Positions 47,458-55,481 of a DNA stretch of 64,000 nt are shown here, piece after piece. Positions within the stretch are counted from its first letter, which is position 1. Each line of letters opens with the position of its first letter. The position numbers and the translations under genes were made by a program. The notes under the pieces are model-generated. The model was not told where the DNA came from, did not search any database, and saw only the letters and a list, made by a program, of their open reading frames with translations. Source of the stretch: an uncultured Bdellovibrio sp. (GTDB lineage: Bacteria > Bdellovibrionota > Bdellovibrionia > Bdellovibrionales > Bdellovibrionaceae). The DNA is taken from NCBI GenBank assembly GCA_963932905.1, contig CAWVRN010000003.1, positions 160,001-224,000 of the forward strand, in the 5' to 3' direction.

Positions 47458-47483
47458 TTCCATGTGAAGGAAGCGCGCTACCA
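47458..47483 (-). repeat. Short type B tRNA-Val fragment (anticodon reads CAC)
   Basis: ttccatgtgaaggaagcgcgctacca, 25/26 identical to the 33999 copy. Confidence 0.75.
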
Positions 47484-47776
47484 AATTCAGCGCTTTACAA
47501 TTCATCACTAAGTAATAATCAAAGGCCTTTCGTTTTCAAATTTTTGAAAAAACAATCGCGCAAACGGACCGCTCCAAAATTGCTTGAACATCGATTTGGT
47601 TAAGCTGATATAAAAGTTGGTTTTAGGACAATTAATGATTTCTTATAGGAAACGGCCGAACTCGTGAAAATGGCCGCAGCAGAGGGTTTAGAAGAAATAT
47701 TACGGTGCATTATAGTGCCGTTCTGCACGATTTATCTTTCTCTAGTCGATCTTAATGTTAGCATTATTTAGAAAAG

Positions 47777-47810
47777 AAGATCGGTTTCCCCGGCCAGGGA
47801 AACCGATCTT
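47777..47810. terminator. Perfect 14-bp hairpin upstream of the unknown gene pair
   Basis: aagatcggtttccc-cggcca-gggaaaccgatctt. Confidence 0.55.
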
Positions 47811-47915
47811 TAAAAAATTATACAACAGCGGTGGCTGAAGAATATTTTTCCGGTGAATAGATCATATAATATTCAAAGCCCTCCGCAACAAAATAGTTTG
47901 CATAGGAGGGAATCA

Positions 47916-48917
47916 ATGCAAAAAGTCGAGAAGTCCCATTTCTCTACATCAGGGAGAAAACGGGATAGCACAGCAACAGATATCAGTTCAATAATTTATG
48001 CACTCAACAACTTTAGGAAAGAGCGCCTAGCTTATATTCTGGAGCAAAGTGGATTTGAAACAGATGGTGAAAAAGAACATCTGATTAGGCACATTACAAT
48101 CGCCTTACATAAAGGCACAATGGATTTAGAATTCGTAAAGGATTGCGTTTTAAGTTGGGAACCATGGAGTCGCCGTCACGTGTTTTTTTTTCGCCACGAT
48201 GAACTTCAACAGCTTGACCTCGAAACCATTGTGCAAGAGATTCCAAAAGAATATAGGCATCTCGTAGGACGAGATCGTCGTTATCTTAATTCAATGAAGA
48301 TAGAAGTTGAGAGTATCGAAATTAGTCCATCTAAGCTAAAAATGTTTATGCGCGCACCAGCTCTCATTGAAATCAGAGAGCAAAGCGAAGATGAATTTGG
48401 ACACGACAACGGATTAAAGAAATATGCATACCGCGACGTTAAAATCAGAAAAATCTATGTTTTTGAATTAGACATCATTAGCGGTACTGGGTTTGTATCC
48501 ATTCCATCCATTCAATCGAAAAGTAAATACACGAAAGAAGCGGAATTAGTTTTAAAATTCGTAAACAGAATTTTCCCGAGTCTTTCATTAAACAAAATAC
48601 AAATCAGGGACTCCATAAGCAATTTGCGATTGTTAGAAAATATCAAAAACAAAGGCCTAGATGTTCATATGGGCGAACTCAAAGCCTTGTTTAGGTCTAC
48701 TTCTAAAAAAGATCTGGCTGACGAAGACATTCCAGAAGAGGTCTCGAAAATTATCGACGAAAATCATTTGGAAGAAGGAATTTTTGAAGTAGGCGACTTA
48801 GAACTGAAAAAGATCTGTAGTATGAGAATCTATAAAGATAGTCGTTTAGGTATTTTCCGAGACATTGACGAAGAAGAATTCCGGTATGTTTGTGAAACAG
48901 TTCTTACCAACACATAG
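47916..48917 (+). CDS. Hypothetical protein, candidate defence component
   Basis: AGGAGG RBS before MQKVEK; overlaps the next ORF. Confidence 0.65.
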   Translation: MQKVEKSHFSTSGRKRDSTATDISSIIYALNNFRKERLAYILEQSGFETDGEKEHLIRHITIALHKGTMDLEFVKDCVLSWEPWSRRHVFFFRHDELQQLDLETIVQEIPKEYRHLVGRDRRYLNSMKIEVESIEISPSKLKMFMRAPALIEIREQSEDEFGHDNGLKKYAYRDVKIRKIYVFELDIISGTGFVSIPSIQSKSKYTKEAELVLKFVNRIFPSLSLNKIQIRDSISNLRLLENIKNKGLDVHMGELKALFRSTSKKDLADEDIPEEVSKIIDENHLEEGIFEVGDLELKKICSMRIYKDSRLGIFRDIDEEEFRYVCETVLTNT

Positions 48918-49800
48918 GCCCCCGTTCGAAAACGTAGATCTTGGTCTGATGGATTATTTGTCCATGAATGAGGTGGGAGCTACTTTTTTTCTGTCGGATT
49001 TTGATTTTTTAGGAATCCCAACAGGTAAATTGAACTCGTCAATTCAAATTTTGAGAGCACAGGGGTATTTGGAACTTCAGGAATCCTTGGTTTGCGAGGA
49101 CTGCCTTAAAGCAGTTTTAGATGAAGACATTTGTGATTTTTGCGGAGGTTCGGTTCTTGGAATCAGTGAAACTATTCAAAAAACACTTACTATAAAGAAG
49201 CCGGTTATGCGCTCCGAAGATTCAAAATGGCCCATAGACAACCGTTACTTTGAATCTAGTGTTATCGCGGTATATTCCAACGGCAAAGAGCATTCATACC
49301 GGGCAAACATTAAAGATTTTGAACTTTCTATCGCTGCATCCGCACTCATTAATAGTCTGCCGCCCGTCTATTTTAAAAACGCAGATGCGGTTTTGCATCT
49401 ATTATCGTCAGAGCACTTTAGGCCAAAAAATCGCCGTAGTCCAAGACGTTACACTTACAAAATCAAGATTAAGGAGAAGAAAAATATGCAATCGGTAACC
49501 ATAAATGGAAACAGCAACAAAGTTTCGCAGAGTATTCAAAAAGATGAGCAGAAGACTGAGATAGCAATTTCAGAAATCAAACATCATCTTGAGGAACTCA
49601 TTTCTAGATTAGACGCAAATGATCCCGAGCAATTAGAAATGAAAGAAAAAATCGAAGAGATAAAATCGTTAGATAGTGGTTCGTTTCTATCAAAAGGCAA
49701 AGACATTACACAAATGACATATTATCTTTCATCGATGTCTGATTTAAAGATTCCTGCGATCATCGCCAATATTCAGCATTGGTTAAAAGACTTATTCTAA
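48886..49800 (+). CDS. Hypothetical protein with CxxC...CxxC zinc-ribbon
   Basis: CEDC-x8-CDFC; C-terminal helical region. Confidence 0.6.
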   Translation: MFVKQFLPTHRPPFENVDLGLMDYLSMNEVGATFFLSDFDFLGIPTGKLNSSIQILRAQGYLELQESLVCEDCLKAVLDEDICDFCGGSVLGISETIQKTLTIKKPVMRSEDSKWPIDNRYFESSVIAVYSNGKEHSYRANIKDFELSIAASALINSLPPVYFKNADAVLHLLSSEHFRPKNRRSPRRYTYKIKIKEKKNMQSVTINGNSNKVSQSIQKDEQKTEIAISEIKHHLEELISRLDANDPEQLEMKEKIEEIKSLDSGSFLSKGKDITQMTYYLSSMSDLKIPAIIANIQHWLKDLF

Positions 49801-49881
49801 CTAAAACAGGGAACCGAGACTGCTTGAGTGGCAAGCTATAACTTTCAGTCTCGGCGCTTTGGCATATATACCTGCGGACTA

Positions 49882-51294
49882 TTAGGCTGCTCGGCCTCTA
49901 GCGTTTATTGGTCGAATTTTCGAAAGAGCATCGATACAATATCGATCCGACATTCCAGCAATATAATTTGCAACGGCCCGTCTTGGATCTATTAATTCAG
50001 GGTTTCTGTGCGCAAAAGAAACATGATGCCGCATACTTTGTGAAAGAAATTTGAACTCGTATTGTTTATCAAAGCCAGACTCGCTAAGTGGTTTTAACGC
50101 ATCGGTCATCTCACCGATAACATTGTTCGCCAGTAGGTCCTGCTCCACCACCTTGTCTTGCTTAAGAATAAATTCGTCGTAGCATGTGCGTTTTACGTCG
50201 TAATATATTTGGCCAGCCTTATTTCTTCTATCATTCCAATAAAGAAGATTGAGATCGGCTTTTCTCTTAGGTTTGTCACATTTTTTAATCCCCTTTTCAT
50301 CTATGAATTGCTCAAAGGCATCGGGTAACTCGTTAATATCTTCTATTTTTGAAACTACACTCTTTATTCCATCAAATACATGCATTATCATACTTTTCAT
50401 AAGGTTATTCCGAAATTGTTCTACCAGTTTATCCTTTTGTTCTGCATTGGAATCCGAATCGGTACTCGCAAGTCCATTCATTTTTGTAATCAGTTTAATC
50501 CAGGATTCTCGCGTCTCTTGGTAGTTGGAGTCTAAAATTGGCAATGCTTCTAACATTTCAGCTAGTACGTTCAGGACTTGGTGGTTACTAAACTGAATGA
50601 AGTAATCTACATAATCTTCTAAGTCAGAACAGATGTAGGCTATGTCATCTGCTGCTTCCATTAGAATACCCGCTGGATGCCTCACATTCTCAAGCCCAAG
50701 TTCATTCATCAATGACTTCAATTTGAATTTATCGGTTGAATAGCAATTTTTTTCCAATTCCGGCTTCTTAAGCGTAGCCGCGACTAAACAAGCCGTCGGG
50801 TCAATCCCCTCATAAAAAAACTCATTTAATAGAATATGAACAACTTGTTTGTTATCGTCAAAACCGTCCAACAATCCGTACTTTCGGGTTAAAGACTCTC
50901 CCAAAATTTTTGCGCCAGAGTGTCCGAACGGTGCGTGTCCAATATCATGAGCTAAGCAAGCAGACGCTGTAAGCTCTTCAAATTTTACTAGGAATGACCA
51001 GTAAATATCTCCAGTTAGAAACCCGTGATTCTTCAGTTGATAAGCGAGTTGCCTAGCTAACTGCCGTCCGATTTGCGACACTTCTATTGAATGAGTCAAC
51101 CTGCTACGAACATGATCATTCTCTGGAAGTGTGTAGACTTGAGTTTTTTTTGCCAATCTTTTGAAAAAATTCGAATGAACAATCATTCCGTAATCCCTGT
51201 GAAATACGTTGCGTGAATTTTCCGAGGAGTTTTTTGAATACACCGCCAAACTTCGAGCCGAGATTTCTTTCATCCAATTATTTCTTTTAAGCAT
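49882..51294 (-). CDS. dgt: dNTP triphosphohydrolase (dGTPase, HD superfamily)
   Basis: FKRLAKKTQV, RSRLTHSIEV, LAHDIGHAPFGHSG, EAADDIAY, YIAGMSDRY. Confidence 0.9.
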   Translation of the reverse strand: MLKRNNWMKEISARSLAVYSKNSSENSRNVFHRDYGMIVHSNFFKRLAKKTQVYTLPENDHVRSRLTHSIEVSQIGRQLARQLAYQLKNHGFLTGDIYWSFLVKFEELTASACLAHDIGHAPFGHSGAKILGESLTRKYGLLDGFDDNKQVVHILLNEFFYEGIDPTACLVAATLKKPELEKNCYSTDKFKLKSLMNELGLENVRHPAGILMEAADDIAYICSDLEDYVDYFIQFSNHQVLNVLAEMLEALPILDSNYQETRESWIKLITKMNGLASTDSDSNAEQKDKLVEQFRNNLMKSMIMHVFDGIKSVVSKIEDINELPDAFEQFIDEKGIKKCDKPKRKADLNLLYWNDRRNKAGQIYYDVKRTCYDEFILKQDKVVEQDLLANNVIGEMTDALKPLSESGFDKQYEFKFLSQSMRHHVSFAHRNPELIDPRRAVANYIAGMSDRYCIDALSKIRPINARGRAA

Positions 51295-51512
51295 AGACTC
51301 CCCGTATTTTGTTTTGTATTTAATCGTGAAGTCTTAAGATATCTTGAGTTAAACTTTGTTGTTTATCAATTCTCAGATTTAGACAACCAAAAGGTGTGTA
51401 AAAATAAACCAAATAGGTTTATTTAGTACCGAATTGATATGCATACTGTAAGAATTAATTGTCTCAACTAGAAAAACTATTAAATTAGAACTATTATTTT
51501 TAAAGGAAAATC

Positions 51513-51534
51513 CGGACAGAGTCACCTCTGTCCG
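51513..51534 (-). terminator. Intrinsic terminator of the 51541-51963 gene
   Basis: cggacagag-tcac-ctctgtccg, T-run on the minus strand. Confidence 0.65.
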
Positions 51535-51540
51535 ACCAAA

Positions 51541-51963
51541 TCAGTTGATTTTAATAACACCCATTTTGCGAGCATCTTCATCCAACCAACGCCGTTGCTC
51601 TTCCATCGTCATAGTATCGAAGAAGTCAGCCCACTCTGCAAGGTGCGGAGAAGTCGGCAGAAATCCTGGTCCGCGCAGAAAATCTCCAAGAGGAGTTCCC
51701 TTATGCTCAGGCAATTGCAGGCTTCTAAATCTCTGGATGATAGAATTCAATTCACCTTCAGAAGCTTTGATTAAAGCCTCCCATTTAAAGAATCCATACT
51801 CTACCGCAATTACATGCTGAACACGCATCAAAGTAATTTCTTCTGAATCTTTAAGTACTCGCAGAACACGAGCTTTAGCTTCGGCCTTATCCGCCTTAAC
51901 TTGTTTAAATAACTTTCTCGCTTCATTTTTGAAAAATTCAATAGGACTAGATTGAGTAGTCAT
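51541..51963 (-). CDS. Small helical protein (Glyoxalase_8/ankyrin-protein N-terminal-like domain)
   Basis: 'FKNEARKL.K...QHVIA.EYGF..W..L' motif. Confidence 0.6.
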   Translation of the reverse strand: MTTQSSPIEFFKNEARKLFKQVKADKAEAKARVLRVLKDSEEITLMRVQHVIAVEYGFFKWEALIKASEGELNSIIQRFRSLQLPEHKGTPLGDFLRGPGFLPTSPHLAEWADFFDTMTMEEQRRWLDEDARKMGVIKIN

Positions 51964-52146
51964 ACATCTCCCTTTAAAATAACTCGCTATATTGTTCGCA
52001 AATACGAGTCATAAAGTTAATGCTGACTCTTAGAAGGTTTGACCATAAGTCTTTGCGCGAACGACAGGCACAACCGTGCACCCATGTCACAATAATGCCA
52101 GAATTTCGTCATTCGAGTCAATAGCTCGACAAACGAAATTTAAAAC

Positions 52147-52725
52147 TTATTTGAATTTTAACATTCGGTAAATCCCCAACCACCCTAGCGGAGACAGAAG
52201 AAACACGGATGCCATTCCGGGAAAATAAGAAAATGGTTCCCGAACGACAAATGGAAAAACAAAGATATGCGCGAGTTCAGTTAGTCCCATTGACGTAAAG
52301 AAAGTCCAAATCAAGTAGCGACCAAACTCACTGTCTCGCTTTAAAAGATACGGAATGGATAACCAGCTACCTACTGAAGTAACAACCATTAATATAACTG
52401 GTACCGATAAAATCTCCGGTGTCGACACATCGGTAATTTCAGACAGTCGTTCAAAAAATCCCGAAACCTTTTCTTCTACTCTATGAATGACAAAAGCCAT
52501 GAAAGTAAAAATGAATGGCCATTTTAGATCATCGTAGTTAGCTTTTGATTTGAAACCTAGCCAAAGGAAGAAACCTCCGACAAAACCGGCAGAGATTATC
52601 ACCATCGTCCAAAACCCCAAAGACCAGAAACTCGAAAGTAGTACTAAAGCGGTTAAAATTGCAGCGACAGAAATACACGATCTGCTTTTATTTTTTTCCA
52701 AAAAGACTTCTTTTATGCCTGACAT
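52147..52725 (-). CDS. HXXEE-domain membrane protein
   Basis: HRVEE and 'YFPGM' in a multi-TM protein. Confidence 0.7.
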   Translation of the reverse strand: MSGIKEVFLEKNKSRSCISVAAILTALVLLSSFWSLGFWTMVIISAGFVGGFFLWLGFKSKANYDDLKWPFIFTFMAFVIHRVEEKVSGFFERLSEITDVSTPEILSVPVILMVVTSVGSWLSIPYLLKRDSEFGRYLIWTFFTSMGLTELAHIFVFPFVVREPFSYFPGMASVFLLSPLGWLGIYRMLKFK

Positions 52726-53079
52726 CTATTCAGTCCCGTTCAAAATCTTTTGAAGATCATCGGGAATTTGCATTGGTTCAAATATTCCTACATCAGCTCC
52801 GCCAGTATTTCCCTTTGGTGCTAACTTTAATATCGAGCCAGGCACTGCCAACATTATTCTTGGAATCTGACCTAAGAACTCTCTCACCAGTTTGTGTCGA
52901 ACACTATACCCTATCATTAAGACGTGAACATAGAGATGTTTTAGCGCATAGAACTGACCTAAGATGTGCGCTCGTTCCAGATGATTCCATTCTTCACTTG
53001 CAAATCCATTTACTTTGCTCTGATTAGCCAAATCAATTTCTTTCTCAAATGCAGAATCAATAGAATTTTCAACACTCAC
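52726..53079 (-). CDS. DUF3703-like protein
   Basis: 'HLERAHILGQ', 'GQIPR', 'GNTGGADV', 'MQIPDDL'. Confidence 0.85.
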   Translation of the reverse strand: MSVENSIDSAFEKEIDLANQSKVNGFASEEWNHLERAHILGQFYALKHLYVHVLMIGYSVRHKLVREFLGQIPRIMLAVPGSILKLAPKGNTGGADVGIFEPMQIPDDLQKILNGTE

Positions 53080-53092
53080 CGTTTACCTCAAA

Positions 53093-53740
53093 TTATTTTT
53101 TAAGTTCTTCCTCGATCGCTTTTTTAATCGGGTCATAACCAATCTCGCTCAGAATTTTACCGTTTACAAAAAAAGTAGGTGTTCTTCGTGCGCCGACAGC
53201 TTCTCCGTCAGCTTGATCTTGTTCAACTTTCCAACCATGTTTAGCCATTAATTGCTGAGTATCTAGCTTTGATAAATCAACACCGACTTCAGAAAGAATT
53301 TTTGGCAGCAATTCAGGTCTAGGACGTCCATGATCTGCCCACTCTGGTTGTTTTTCAAAAACTGCATCCAAAGCTGAATCGAATTTATCTTGCGCGCGAG
53401 CCTCTTCCAGCATGACCGCCGCTAGCTTTGAATTCCCGTGCAGTGGCATGTAGCGCAGCACAAGCTTTACCTTACCTTCATATTCAAACATTAAATTTTT
53501 AATTATTGGGTGCATTGCCCGACACGCCTCACACTCTGGATCTAGAAACTCTACGATAGTTACCTTGGCTGAGGCCGCGCCTTTTACCAAATTATGCGAC
53601 TTTATCAGAGTGGCCGAATCAACTTCAGGTGTTGAAACTATCGTTTCAGGTGCTCGACCGAAAGGCCAGAATGTATAACCCAGAAATAGAATTGCCACCG
53701 CAATCACTGACACAATTAAAAAGGATCTATTATTTTTCAT
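53093..53740 (-). CDS. DsbA/BdbD-like thiol-disulfide oxidoreductase
   Basis: EFLDPECEAC, TPTFFVNG. Confidence 0.88.
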   Translation of the reverse strand: MKNNRSFLIVSVIAVAILFLGYTFWPFGRAPETIVSTPEVDSATLIKSHNLVKGAASAKVTIVEFLDPECEACRAMHPIIKNLMFEYEGKVKLVLRYMPLHGNSKLAAVMLEEARAQDKFDSALDAVFEKQPEWADHGRPRPELLPKILSEVGVDLSKLDTQQLMAKHGWKVEQDQADGEAVGARRTPTFFVNGKILSEIGYDPIKKAIEEELKK

Positions 53741-54155
53741 TTATTCTCCGTGTGGTTTTCATAGCTATAAATCCTAATGAAGTAAGAAGTATAAAACTAA
53801 TTAGCGACATAAGTGGGATAGTCAGAAAGCCAAATATTTCAACTTGTTTACTGGTACACGAAACGCCCTGACTACATGGGGTTATACTGTCAGGGATTAT
53901 TCCGTAATATAAAAGATTATGATAAGCAGCGATCAACAACCCAATTGCTGAAAGCGGCAATGCTGCCCGATAAAACCGACTCTCATCGTTCCATAGAGCG
54001 CTTCCCAAAATAACTACCAGTGGATACATACAAATGCGCTGGTACCAGCATAATGTGCATGGAGGATATTTTAACACTTCACCAAAGTATAAACTTCCTG
54101 CGGTAGCAATTAGTGAAACTAGAAACGAAAGCTGTATATAGTTAAATTTCATCAA
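53730..54155 (-). CDS. DsbB/BdbC-like disulfide formation protein
   Basis: PCTLCWYQRICMYP, CSQGVSC, LTIP. Confidence 0.9.
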   Translation of the reverse strand: MMKFNYIQLSFLVSLIATAGSLYFGEVLKYPPCTLCWYQRICMYPLVVILGSALWNDESRFYRAALPLSAIGLLIAAYHNLLYYGIIPDSITPCSQGVSCTSKQVEIFGFLTIPLMSLISFILLTSLGFIAMKTTRRINEK

Positions 54156-54167
54156 TCTAATTTCGAC

Positions 54168-54632
54168 TTAATGATGATCGTGGTTATGATCAGTTTTTGT
54201 TCTTGGTATTACCTTAAATTGAACCGAGTGTTCTTTTCCATCAATTTTAAATTTAACCGCTAGGGAATCTCCATCGGCAATTTTCTTAACGGGATCAAAT
54301 AACATCAGATGCTTACCACCCGGCTTAAGTTCAAGTTTTGATTCTGGAGCGATTGTGTACTCATCCACCTTTTTCATAGACATCTTACCAGCATCTTCAA
54401 TTGTTTCGTGGGTCTCAAACGCTTTAAAGCCTTCAACACTAGACAAAACAACTTTGCGTGGAGATTTTGATTTGTTTTCGATTTCCACATAACCAGCGGT
54501 CACATTAGACCCTTTAAGCGGTGTAAATATCCTGGCATCCATAAATTTAATATCTTCAGCAGCAAAGCCCCCAACAGATAAAAGAAATAGTCCAATAAAT
54601 AGGCTTCGTACAAACTCAGAACGATGTTTCAT
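54168..54632 (-). CDS. PCu(A)C copper chaperone
   Basis: 'ETHET....KMSM', 'LKPGGKHLML'. Confidence 0.88.
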   Translation of the reverse strand: MKHRSEFVRSLFIGLFLLSVGGFAAEDIKFMDARIFTPLKGSNVTAGYVEIENKSKSPRKVVLSSVEGFKAFETHETIEDAGKMSMKKVDEYTIAPESKLELKPGGKHLMLFDPVKKIADGDSLAVKFKIDGKEHSVQFKVIPRTKTDHNHDHH

Positions 54633-55216
54633 ATATGCTCCTTAATTTTTTGCAAGATTACATCAGAATCACGAAGGCTGTCGATCGTATCGATCACAAT
54701 ACCTTTCTTATTTAAAATGAAAACTCTATCGGTATGAATAATCGAATAACCTAAATATGACTTGGGATTCTTCTCAACCATATAACTTGCAGGAAAAAGT
54801 TTAATTGTTTCATCTATTTGCTTTTTTGATCCACTTAACCCTAAAAACTCAGGGAAAAAATTAGTCGCGTAGTCAGCAACGTTGTTTGGATCATCATTTT
54901 CCTGGTCAACACTTACGAATAGAAATCTAATCTTTTTTAGTTCTTCTTGGCTCAGTTTGCTAAACGCGGTACCTACATAACTTAACGACATTGGACAGAC
55001 ATCCGGACATTTTGCATAACCGAAATAAATTAGATTAACACTTTTGGCCTTTTCACTAAAAGTCCACGGATTAGCTCTCAACGTCAGGGAAAAGTCGCCT
55101 CCCATCGTCGGCCCCTTTAATTCTTTCCATATTAGGTAACCAAGTGAACCCGCACAAACTAGTAACGCCAAACCAATCAATTGAAATATTCTTTTAAGTT
55201 TCACACTATTCCTCAC
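54629..55216 (-). CDS. SCO1/SenC protein
   Basis: YFGYAKCPDVCP, SVD, 'Y.IIHT'. Confidence 0.9.
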   Translation of the reverse strand: MRNSVKLKRIFQLIGLALLVCAGSLGYLIWKELKGPTMGGDFSLTLRANPWTFSEKAKSVNLIYFGYAKCPDVCPMSLSYVGTAFSKLSQEELKKIRFLFVSVDQENDDPNNVADYATNFFPEFLGLSGSKKQIDETIKLFPASYMVEKNPKSYLGYSIIHTDRVFILNKKGIVIDTIDSLRDSDVILQKIKEHI

Positions 55217-55253
55217 TCTAACGTATGATCTTTTACTATTAAATTCATGTGGA

Positions 55254-55463
55254 TCACTTTTTAGGCCGACTATTTGTTTGATAAGAATCGGGCGTCACAC
55301 TCAAGGGCACTTCAACATTTGGGTTGGAGTCCGCGCTTCGATCTTGAGTATCAAAATGTGGAGCAATTTTTCTCGAAGGAGCCTTATCATTTTTCATAAG
55401 CGATTTCGGGACTTTCACGCTTTTCGATTTCTTCTTAACTACTTTCTTCTTTTTCGAAGCCAT
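55254..55463 (-). CDS. Small basic hypothetical protein
   Basis: GAGG RBS; in operon order. Confidence 0.4.
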   Translation of the reverse strand: MASKKKKVVKKKSKSVKVPKSLMKNDKAPSRKIAPHFDTQDRSADSNPNVEVPLSVTPDSYQTNSRPKK

Positions 55464-55481
55464 TTTTAATTCCTCATATTT

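Noticed and set aside
20294..47483. CRISPR array interpretation of the recurring repeat
   Set aside because: Copies are kilobases apart, tRNA-derived, and no cas genes are present.
52085..52110. Fourth ECF-like motif TGTCACAA...CGTC
   Set aside because: Spacer is 14 rather than 15 and there is no plus-strand gene downstream.
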